Assembly: GCA_043739185.1 (NCBI GenBank)
Contig: JAYUEN010000208.1
Location: 1-15,893, forward strand
Length of the DNA stretch: 15,893 bases
Direction of reading: 5' to 3'
From: Bdellovibrionales bacterium
Lineage (GTDB): Bacteria; Bdellovibrionota; Bdellovibrionia; Bdellovibrionales; JAMPXM01
The position numbers and the translations under genes were made by a program. This document shows positions 1 to 7,236 of the stretch, one piece after another. The number at the start of each line of letters is the position of its first letter. Position 1 is the stretch's first letter. The notes under the pieces are model-generated. The model had not been told where the DNA came from. It made no database searches and worked only from the letters and a program-made list of their open reading frames with translations.

Positions 1-1
1 T

Positions 2-856
2 GATCCTGGTGAAACATACAGTGATATTTCAGTCGGTCAGGCTTATGGTTGCGGCATTACAACTAGTGGCGTACTGAAATGTTGGGGCTTTAATAATAAT
101 GGTCAACTCGGAAGTGGCGTAGTTCTCGCTGATTTTGTTCTTTCTCCACAAATAGTTGATCCAGGAGTAAAATATACTCAGGTATCATCGCGGGGCAATT
201 CAACATGTGCAATTACAAGCTTAGGTGCACTCAAATGTTGGGGCTATTTGGTCAAGTCAGCAAGCTTGGCCTCTTATAATTCCCAAATTTACTCAAATGT
301 TTTTTATGCGAGTGAGCCAACTCCCTTGCTTATTGATCCAGGCGTTTCCTACCAATATGTTAATGCTGGCACTGATGGCACCAATTGCGGAATTACGAAT
401 ACAGGTGTGCTTAAGTGCTGGGGCTCGAATGATTCTGGCCAATTAGGTGACGGCACCCGGGTGGCACAATTGACTCCTGAAGAAATTGATATGGGAGTCA
501 AATATACTAAGGTGATTTCTGCTGGATGGTCCGCAACCTGTGGAATTACTTCGATTGGCGTACTTAAATGTTGGGGCGCGAGCAATAGCTTTTACACTGC
601 AGATGGAGCCGCCCCGGCCGCCATTGTTACAACTCCTACCGTGGTAGACGCAGGGGTTGCATATAGCGATATCGCCATAGGCGCGGGCCAGGGGGCCAAT
701 TTGGTGACAACTCGAGGCGGTCTAAATTATATTTGCGGAGTGACTACCTCGGGAGGACTAAGGTGCATTGGGAATAATAACCTAGGTCAATTGGGTGATG
801 GTAGCTTTACCAATAAATATTCTTTTGAGAACTTAAGTCCGTTTGCTCATTTTTAA
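2..856 (+). CDS. RCC1/BLIP-II-like beta-propeller repeat protein, C-terminal part (5' truncated by the window)
   Basis: Frame 2 is open from base 2 (DPGETYSDISVGQAYGCGITTSGVLKCWGFNNNGQLG...) through the listed 248..856 ORF. Five repeats of C[GA][IV]TxxGxL[KR]C[WI]G with K/R codons at 77, 233, 413, 566 and 761; three are followed by NxxGQLG. Confidence 0.9.
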   Translation, partial: DPGETYSDISVGQAYGCGITTSGVLKCWGFNNNGQLGSGVVLADFVLSPQIVDPGVKYTQVSSRGNSTCAITSLGALKCWGYLVKSASLASYNSQIYSNVFYASEPTPLLIDPGVSYQYVNAGTDGTNCGITNTGVLKCWGSNDSGQLGDGTRVAQLTPEEIDMGVKYTKVISAGWSATCGITSIGVLKCWGASNSFYTADGAAPAAIVTTPTVVDAGVAYSDIAIGAGQGANLVTTRGGLNYICGVTTSGGLRCIGNNNLGQLGDGSFTNKYSFENLSPFAHF

Positions 857-898
857 TAAATATTAGATACAGTAAATATGTTGGTTCAACGATCGCCC

Positions 899-2185
899 TC
901 AGTTTGAAATAATTCTGTAGGCGATGAAAGCCAAAATCGTGTAGAGGACTGACATAGAAATGAATAGCGTAGTTAAGCAGATATGACCTATCGAAAATAG
1001 CGGCCCTTTTGGCCAATCACTGTGACTCATATAAAAGAAATCTGTTAAAACTCTTGCCCACCAGAATAGTGCGATAAACAAAACCCACAAAAAACTTGGT
1101 AAAGTCAGGGCTTGAATACTTTGGTGACTGAGAAGAAAACTTACTAGGGACATAAAAATAATAATTGCGAAAATATATCCGCCGTAGGTCCAGAAGGCTT
1201 TTCGGTTCAATGAACTTAATTTTTGAAACTCCTCTCGCCAACCAAGCTTTCCGGGGACTTGTATGCTCGCGCACAATACGAGAAGGTGGGCGGCGCCACC
1301 GATTATCAAACCGTACTTAAAGACATCAGCAAGCTGTAAGTTGGTAGCAAATTCAGATAGGATTCGGCTTAAGTTTCCTAAGAATAAATTGGTAAAGGCC
1401 GGGGTAAACAATAGCGGTGCTGGCAGAACTATCCACGCGAAAACCAAGAAACGCGGAAGTTTTTGATGTCTTTCGACTTCGATACCAAGTCCTTGAACGA
1501 CAAAATAGAGAAGTGGATATCCCCAAGAAACGCCATCAGAGTATGAGATGCCGAGTTCATGAAGTATTCCCGAAACGGCAAAAATCGAAAAGGTTAAAAG
1601 CGCTAGAGGAATTTTATCACGCAGCGGGCCCATGATGAAGATCTTGTTCATATCAACAAAAGCGCGATTCCATCTGAAGCTCCAAAAGTCGCGAAGTGAT
1701 TCTGATAAATAGGGCCGATCAAAAAGGCTGCGCGGAGAAAACCCAAGGAGTCGAATGCTTTCAGCAGTCACTTCAATTATTCCCAAATGAATAATCAAAA
1801 GAATTGAGAAAAGAGAGACGTAATTTAACGCCAGCGAATTGCCTCGCCCAACTAATGTAGACACAATCAATATACCAAGTCCTGTCAAGAAAGTTATCCA
1901 GGCTTCAAAAAATCGTGATCCGGTAGATGGCATCACATCCTTGCGTTCGGTGAAGCCTGAGACCGAGACTCCGGGCCAAGCGAAAATAAAGAGTAAGAGG
2001 CCCAGACGAGAGTGAATTTTTATACCATCTGAAATTTGCCATATGAGTGCGGCAATCTTGATGACGGCAATCATTCCGACACTTGAAGCTATGAGTCTTA
2101 CGAGCGGAGCAGCTTCCTTTAAAATATAAAGGCTCGCAAAACCGAGACCAACAAAGAGAAGCGCAAAGATTTTTTCGATTTTCAT
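899..2185 (-). CDS. MBOAT-family (wax-synthase-like) membrane O-acyltransferase fused to a C-terminal ~4-TM domain
   Basis: Motifs PYLSESLRDFWSFRWN and FAVSGILHE (putative catalytic His), with many TM segments. Start moved from 2323 to ATG 2185 (MKIEKIF...), which has the RBS GAAGGAG and avoids overlap with the divergent GNAT gene. Confidence 0.85.
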   Translation of the reverse strand: MKIEKIFALLFVGLGFASLYILKEAAPLVRLIASSVGMIAVIKIAALIWQISDGIKIHSRLGLLLFIFAWPGVSVSGFTERKDVMPSTGSRFFEAWITFLTGLGILIVSTLVGRGNSLALNYVSLFSILLIIHLGIIEVTAESIRLLGFSPRSLFDRPYLSESLRDFWSFRWNRAFVDMNKIFIMGPLRDKIPLALLTFSIFAVSGILHELGISYSDGVSWGYPLLYFVVQGLGIEVERHQKLPRFLVFAWIVLPAPLLFTPAFTNLFLGNLSRILSEFATNLQLADVFKYGLIIGGAAHLLVLCASIQVPGKLGWREEFQKLSSLNRKAFWTYGGYIFAIIIFMSLVSFLLSHQSIQALTLPSFLWVLFIALFWWARVLTDFFYMSHSDWPKGPLFSIGHICLTTLFISMSVLYTILAFIAYRIISN

Positions 2186-2261
2186 TTGGGCTCCTTCTGG
2201 TAAGTTCGAAATTCTATATAAGTCGAAATAAAGTGCTAGGGCAAGATCATTACTTATCACA

Positions 2262-2289
2262 TTGACTTCAAATCTAGAGTTTCTATAAT
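2262..2289 (+). promoter_or_regulatory. sigma70-type promoter for the GNAT gene
   Basis: TTGACT (2262-2267), 16 nt spacer, TATAAT (2284-2289), ending 10 nt before ATG 2300. Confidence 0.6.
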
Positions 2290-2299
2290 TTGATATAAA

Positions 2300-2749
2300 A
2301 TGTTTAAAATAAGAAAAGCACAAGAAGGTGATATAGTTTCAATGGCAAAACTTGTCACTCAATTGGGTTACCCTGCCTCAGAAGAAGATGTTTTGACCCG
2401 ATTTAAATTTATTCAAAATTTAGCGGGCCATGAGATTTTTGTAGCGGTGGGTGATTCCTTGCAGGTGATTGGTTGGATTCACATTCTTCAATTCCCGACA
2501 CTTGAAATGACGCTTTCGACTGAGCTCGGCGGGCTGGTGGTGGATTCTGAATATCGGGGGCGTGGAATCGGAAAGCAACTCTTAGCTGCCGCAGAGAAGT
2601 GGAGCTTGAATTTGGGAATAAAGCGACTTCAATTCACCTCGCAGATGAAACGCTCAGAGGCTCATGTTTTTTATCAGAAGCAAGGCTACAAAATTATAAA
2701 AAATTCTTTTTATTTTTCAAAAGATCTGACAGATCAGACGCAAAATTAA
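2300..2749 (+). CDS. GNAT family N-acetyltransferase (PhnO-like)
   Basis: 149 aa. N-terminal IRKAQEGD, acetyl-CoA motif A LVVDSEYRGRGIGKQLL and motif B AHVFYQKQGY. Confidence 0.92.
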   Translation: MFKIRKAQEGDIVSMAKLVTQLGYPASEEDVLTRFKFIQNLAGHEIFVAVGDSLQVIGWIHILQFPTLEMTLSTELGGLVVDSEYRGRGIGKQLLAAAEKWSLNLGIKRLQFTSQMKRSEAHVFYQKQGYKIIKNSFYFSKDLTDQTQN

Positions 2750-2761
2750 AAACTCTACAGA

Positions 2762-3541
2762 CTAATGTGAAGCCCCAGACTGAAATTTTGGTATTCTACG
2801 AAAAAAATCAATTCCAGTGGGATTGTTTAATTGGCGTTCTCTTCTTTGTGCCAGTTCGGGTCGGTAGAGTTTTTCAAACTCTATGGTGCGCGGATCGTCT
2901 TGAGAAAAGCCTTTTCTGCTTCGATCGCAAGGATACATTGTGATATTTGTGACATCACAGAGCCCCCCTGGAGATTCAACGGGCTCGACAAAATGTTTAT
3001 CATAAGAGCAGCACAAGAGAAATGTAGTTTCGACGGGCTTCTTGACTTTGGAATTCGAGTCAGATTGGCGAGCGCCATTGATTCTGGTATCTGCGGCAGC
3101 GCTACCTGAGCTTCCGCCATTGAGATTGATTATGTTGCGACTAATATCTCTTGAGTTGGTGAGGCAATCGGTTCTGCGTTTCATATTGGCTTCAATATCG
3201 CCTGATTCAGAGGCGGCATTTGCACACTTTGACATTTGCTGAGCTTTGATTTCGTCAATTGCTTTTGAAGAGAGCTTTCCGAAGAAAACTTCACGCACCC
3301 TTGAATTGCAATAGCCTTCAATTTTAGAGTACTGGGCTAGAGCATAACTCTCCAACTTATTGATAGGCTGGGACAAATAAAAGCGATCAATAGGTGAGAG
3401 ATCATTTAGTGATTTAACTCCGAGGCTTGAAAGGGCCTTCAAGCATATAGCTGGATCATCCTTTATACTTTGAGAATGAGCTTGGCGGGTTATAAAAAGA
3501 CCCAGGAATAGTGATAATAAGCAAAGGCTTGCAATTCTCAT
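2762..3541 (-). CDS. Secreted Cys-rich hypothetical protein
   Basis: 259 aa ORF with a Sec signal peptide (MRIASLCLLSLFLGLFITRQAHS-Q) and 8 Cys in the mature part, split 4+4 by a Gly/Ser linker. Family not recognised. Confidence 0.75.
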   Translation of the reverse strand: MRIASLCLLSLFLGLFITRQAHSQSIKDDPAICLKALSSLGVKSLNDLSPIDRFYLSQPINKLESYALAQYSKIEGYCNSRVREVFFGKLSSKAIDEIKAQQMSKCANAASESGDIEANMKRRTDCLTNSRDISRNIINLNGGSSGSAAADTRINGARQSDSNSKVKKPVETTFLLCCSYDKHFVEPVESPGGLCDVTNITMYPCDRSRKGFSQDDPRTIEFEKLYRPELAQRRERQLNNPTGIDFFRRIPKFQSGASH

Positions 3542-3551
3542 AATGAATCAT

Positions 3552-3579
3552 TAATCGGCTGATTGCCCCAATTGCTTTA
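3552..3579 (-). promoter_or_regulatory. Candidate sigma28 (FliA)-type promoter for the 2762..3541 gene
   Basis: Minus strand TAAA (3579-3576), N16, GCCGATTA (3559-3552); consensus is TAAA-N15-GCCGATAA. Ends 10 nt before the ATG. Confidence 0.5.
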
Positions 3580-3626
3580 GACTAAAGTCGCAGGGATCAT
3601 TCAAATGCCTTTTCGATACGCCGTGA

Positions 3627-3650
3627 AGCCCAGGCGGCTGCCCTTGGGCT
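3627..3650. other. GC-rich imperfect hairpin in a divergent intergenic region
   Basis: AGCCCA-GGC-GGCT-GCC-CT-TGGGCT with no U-tract; function unknown. Confidence 0.4.
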
Positions 3651-3715
3651 AGGAAATCAATACTGGACGCGATCTATACAAGTACTGCATGAGATCATCA
3701 ATTGAGAGAAAACCA

Positions 3716-5200
3716 ATGAAGCATAAGAAAATCATATTGGCAGGCAAGAATAGGCCTGAAGAAATAGATCAAGAGCGCCGCAAGGCTATGGCTGCGTTGC
3801 TTGCTGCGGGCGCCTCGCTGTCAGGTGTTGCGGCAACATCTATCTTGAGTGCCTGCGCGACTTCAGGGGCGAATCTAAGGCGTCAGCCTGCGAATCAAAA
3901 TAACTATAGTGTCACGGTGCTCAAATCAGATCGCATCGCCATAATCGGAGCGGGCGCCGCCGGGATTTCGGCGGCCCATTATCTTCGCGAGCGAGGATAT
4001 AAAAATATTGTGATTTTTGAGGAGTTAAATCGCATCGGAGGAAAGTGTTGTAGCATTAAGATCGACGGCCAGGTCTACGATATGGGCGCCGTATTTACGA
4101 CCTCATCTTATACCGAAGTCATGGCGCTAGCAAAAAGATTTCAAGTTGAGCTCGGTGACCTACAGGGCCAAGACGCTTCGGTTATGCTAGAGCAAGAGAA
4201 GCTTGGATTTCACACAAGCTCAGTCGCTGACAAGGCTGCATTACTCGGCGTTTCTGTAGAGTATTTGCAGAAAATAAATATGCCAGAGATTCAGAGTGTT
4301 TTCTCTCCTGGCTTTCGTTTCTTAAGTCCATCGCTCATGGTTCCATTTTCTGAATGGATGAAAAAAAACAGCATTTCACCTAAAACCCTAGAATCCTTCT
4401 TTGGCTATACTTTCACGCCTTTTGGATACGGCTATACCAATGATGTACCCGCAGCCTATGCGATAAAATACTATGAAAATAAATTGGTAACCTCGCTTAT
4501 TCAACAATCTTCAAACCTAAAAATGGTAACTCGGGGCTATCAAAACCTTTGGGAAAATGTTGCTAAGAATATGGATGTTCGCCTCAACTCTCCAATTGAA
4601 AAAATAATTCGCAATCGCGATTCCGAAATGATTTCGATTAAGACGAAAAATAATTCGGCAATTGAGAATTTCAACTTTGCGATTTTAACTTCAGCTTTGG
4701 ACACGAGCATTAGTTTTTTAGATGCCGAACCAATGGAGAGAGAAATTTTCGACCGCATTAAGAATTACTATTATTATACTTTTGCTATTCAAACTCCCAA
4801 GAACTTTCCTTCAACAGGATTTTTACCTGTCAATTATAGTTACGATCGAAGGGAGCATCCCTTGTGCTGGCTAAAACGTTGGAAAGATCAAGACCTGGCA
4901 ATTTTTTACGTTCTATCAGATCGGGCGGATAATTTTGATATCATTATCAGTAACATTTTCTCAGATCTATCGCGCCACAAATTTCAATTAGGAAAGGTCC
5001 GCGAAGCCAGGTGCTGGAAGTATTTTCCCCACTTCAAAACCCCAGATTTGCAAAATAAAATCTACGATAAGCTCGAGGCTCTACAGGGCCGGGGCAATAT
5101 GTTCTTCGCCGGAGAAATTATGAATTTCTCAACTGTCGAGTTAACCACTCGCTACTCGAAATATCTAGTCGATCAATTTTTTCTAGCAGGCACTTTCTAG
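3716..5200 (+). CDS. FAD-dependent oxidoreductase of the polyunsaturated fatty acid isomerase (PAI)/amine oxidase fold, with a Tat-lipoprotein-like N-terminus
   Basis: RIAIIGAGAAG dinucleotide fold, RIGGKCCS, YDMGA, FTPFGYG...VPAAYAIKY, WKYFPH and QGRGNMFFAGEIMNF resemble Cutibacterium acnes PAI as I recall it. N-terminus has ERRKAM, a hydrophobic stretch and LSAC. Start is 3716 (after GAGAG) or 3689. Confidence 0.85.
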   Translation: MKHKKIILAGKNRPEEIDQERRKAMAALLAAGASLSGVAATSILSACATSGANLRRQPANQNNYSVTVLKSDRIAIIGAGAAGISAAHYLRERGYKNIVIFEELNRIGGKCCSIKIDGQVYDMGAVFTTSSYTEVMALAKRFQVELGDLQGQDASVMLEQEKLGFHTSSVADKAALLGVSVEYLQKINMPEIQSVFSPGFRFLSPSLMVPFSEWMKKNSISPKTLESFFGYTFTPFGYGYTNDVPAAYAIKYYENKLVTSLIQQSSNLKMVTRGYQNLWENVAKNMDVRLNSPIEKIIRNRDSEMISIKTKNNSAIENFNFAILTSALDTSISFLDAEPMEREIFDRIKNYYYYTFAIQTPKNFPSTGFLPVNYSYDRREHPLCWLKRWKDQDLAIFYVLSDRADNFDIIISNIFSDLSRHKFQLGKVREARCWKYFPHFKTPDLQNKIYDKLEALQGRGNMFFAGEIMNFSTVELTTRYSKYLVDQFFLAGTF

Positions 5201-6297
5201 CGGCACTGCGCCGGGCTTGCGAGCTGCGGAAATTTATCTTCGCCGTATTGAATGTAAGTCATGCTCGAAAGAGATTTTTCAAGATCGGCTTCGTTGATCC
5301 AGAGGTAACCTTGATCGCATTCTTTTACGTGTTCGGAATAGCGGGAAATTTTAACTCCGAGTTCGTCGTGAATATCGCAGGCCGTTCCCCAGGAGTTTCG
5401 CATTTCAAGTTGACAAGCTCCGGATCTCCATCTACGGCCGACTATAACTGCTGCGTGGCCTGAAAGTCCGTCAGGCGATAATCCTGGATTCACAATGAGG
5501 CTTGCATAAAATCCAACGCCAACAAGACGGCCATTTTGCAATTCACGGTGAATATCAGGTATCAAATCGAAGTTTATATTGGTCGAGCAAGAGGGGCCCT
5601 TGGGATAAGTAAAGGTCATCGGGATGCTTTTGCTATGTTGAACAAGTTTTATGTCGGGCCGATCATTGTAGACGCGAATTTCTCCGCAGATGATATCGGC
5701 AAAGCGCAGTAAAAAATTACCAGGATTTGATTTTTCAAGTGCCTGTATAAAAGTTGCTTCGGGTATTTTTGCGAGAATGCTGCCTTGGGCGCGATATCCA
5801 AGATAGAGATCCCAGAATTGTTTCTTACTTAGAGGGTTAGATTTGCCAAGGTCAAAAAGCGCTTTAAGCTCATTGAGTCTTTTGATTTTAGTGCTTAGGG
5901 GCGTTTTGGGCCCTGTTGTCATGGCTTCAAGTTCAAGTGAATTTGGGCAGTATCCAACTTTTAAAAGTTCACTGCTGCTTTCGCCAGTATGAACTAGTCT
6001 CAACGCTACTTTAAGCGTGTCGGCGATATCGCCACCCTGAGCGGTGAGACTTTCTTCATAGCTATTGTTGTAAATCATCGCAAGTTGTATTGCGCTCATA
6101 AATCCCTGGTTTTTTGATTTGTAAAAAGCAGTTAACAAGTCGGCGGATGCATTGGCATAACACCAGCCCACATCTCCTTGGTTGCGAATGGGACCGACTT
6201 GTTCACGGAGTTCAATATCGGTACATGACTTTTGATCTAAAGCAAAGGAGTTCGGTGCAAGCATTGTAAGGACAATAATTGAATTTAGAAATTTCAT
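5197..6297 (-). CDS. Secreted papain-like cysteine protease (peptidase C1 family)
   Basis: QGDVGWCYA (oxyanion Gln and catalytic Cys), GHAAVIVG (His), RNSWG (Asn) and GYLWI. Signal peptide MKFLNSIIVLTMLAPNSFA. Start moved to ATG 6297 with RBS GAGGA. Confidence 0.9.
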   Translation of the reverse strand: MKFLNSIIVLTMLAPNSFALDQKSCTDIELREQVGPIRNQGDVGWCYANASADLLTAFYKSKNQGFMSAIQLAMIYNNSYEESLTAQGGDIADTLKVALRLVHTGESSSELLKVGYCPNSLELEAMTTGPKTPLSTKIKRLNELKALFDLGKSNPLSKKQFWDLYLGYRAQGSILAKIPEATFIQALEKSNPGNFLLRFADIICGEIRVYNDRPDIKLVQHSKSIPMTFTYPKGPSCSTNINFDLIPDIHRELQNGRLVGVGFYASLIVNPGLSPDGLSGHAAVIVGRRWRSGACQLEMRNSWGTACDIHDELGVKISRYSEHVKECDQGYLWINEADLEKSLSSMTYIQYGEDKFPQLASPAQCR

Positions 6298-6322
6298 ATT
6301 GAAATCCTCATTCTTCGCAACC

Positions 6323-7030
6323 TTATAGATCGACACCAAAACCCAAAGTGAGTAAAAAACTTTGATTGCAAATTCCTTGCTTCAAATTATCTATTGGAAC
6401 GAAGCCGCGATTATAGGTTGCCTGTAGCAATAGGGACTGCATATTGCTAAAACGATAACTGCCACCAATTCCGATAATTCCGGTGACGTCATACTCGGGA
6501 GGATCATAGTCTATGACATCGGGCTTAAAGTATTGGGTTTTTCCATTGCCATCACTTGCTTGTATACTCATATCTTTTGAAACTAAAAACTGCGGAGAAA
6601 CGCCGGCAATAATAAATGGAGTATTGGTGACTCTTCCGGCTAAATTGATCTTAGCAAGAATGGGAATGCCAACATAACTTAATTTTCCTGAAACTTTGGA
6701 GTCAGTCAATGCGGAGAGGTCGTTGGTTCCAACGCTTTGAATCCCTTTAGAACTATAAGCGAATCCTTGCTGGGTGACGAAAGCGCCGGCTTCAAAATTA
6801 AAATAATGCTCACCAAATATGTCGACTAGAAATCCACCAGAAAAACCGTGTTGAACCTCGCTCGTATCTGATTGTGAGGTACCCATGGCGCCGATATATC
6901 CAGCTTCTAAGATGAAGTGTTTGCGCACAGGATCTTCTAATCGCGGAAGTGAGCCCGTTAAGCTTGAGTTTTCAGCCCTGACGAAAGAGCCCATTGTCAA
7001 AATGAGCCCAGCTAAAATTAAAAATTTCAT
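6323..7030 (-). CDS. Outer membrane beta-barrel protein (8-stranded, PorT/OmpA-TM-like)
   Basis: Signal peptide MKFLILAGLILTMGSFVRA, alternating beta-strands (GFSGGFLVD, LSYVGIPILAK, GIIGIGGSYRF, LQATYNRG) and C-terminal strand FLLTLGFGVDL. ATG 7030 with RBS AAGAGG. Confidence 0.85.
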   Translation of the reverse strand: MKFLILAGLILTMGSFVRAENSSLTGSLPRLEDPVRKHFILEAGYIGAMGTSQSDTSEVQHGFSGGFLVDIFGEHYFNFEAGAFVTQQGFAYSSKGIQSVGTNDLSALTDSKVSGKLSYVGIPILAKINLAGRVTNTPFIIAGVSPQFLVSKDMSIQASDGNGKTQYFKPDVIDYDPPEYDVTGIIGIGGSYRFSNMQSLLLQATYNRGFVPIDNLKQGICNQSFLLTLGFGVDL

Positions 7031-7043
7031 ATTCAACCTCTTT

Positions 7044-7072
7044 ACTCAATTTAGATATATTTCAAATTGAGT
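7044..7072. promoter_or_regulatory. Inverted repeat directly upstream of the beta-barrel RBS
   Basis: ACTCAATTT (7044-7052), 11 nt spacer, AAATTGAGT (7064-7072); perfect 9-bp arms. Confidence 0.5.
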
Positions 7073-7137
7073 GCCGCGCTTAACTGCGCTTGGTTGCTCG
7101 TGAGCGAGGAGAAATGAATAACTTTTTGACAGATATA

Positions 7138-7166
7138 AAACTAAATTTGGCCCCTAATTCTTTCAA
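7138..7166 (-). promoter_or_regulatory. Possible sigma70 promoter for the OMP-protease pair
   Basis: Minus strand TTGAAA (7166-7161), 17 nt spacer, TAGTTT (7143-7138). AT-rich context, so it could be chance. Confidence 0.3.
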
Positions 7167-7236
7167 AGTTTATCAAATAACAGTGTTTTAATGATCCGTT
7201 TTCGCGGCAGCAGCAGCGGTTGGCACTCTCCTGAAA

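Noticed and set aside
77..577. Repeated AAATGTTGGGGC as a possible CRISPR or DGR repeat
   Set aside because: The copies are in frame, encode KCWG of RCC1 repeats and are spaced over 150 nt apart; there is no cas or reverse transcriptase gene in the window.
2186..2323. 46-aa N-terminal extension of the MBOAT ORF
   Set aside because: It overlaps the divergent GNAT start and promoter; ATG 2185 has a strong RBS.
2300..3541. GNAT plus neighbour as a toxin-antitoxin or anti-phage system
   Set aside because: The genes are convergent, the neighbour is a secreted protein and there is no RHH/DUF1778-type antitoxin.
6298..6339. N-terminal extension of the C1 protease ORF
   Set aside because: It overlaps the upstream gene; the signal peptide and RBS point to 6297.
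7126..7131. Perfect TTGACA on the + strand
   Set aside because: No -10 at 16-18 nt spacing and no + strand gene downstream.
7206..7219. GGCAGCAGCAGCGG short trinucleotide run
   Set aside because: Too short to distinguish from chance; no convincing terminator or ncRNA structure.
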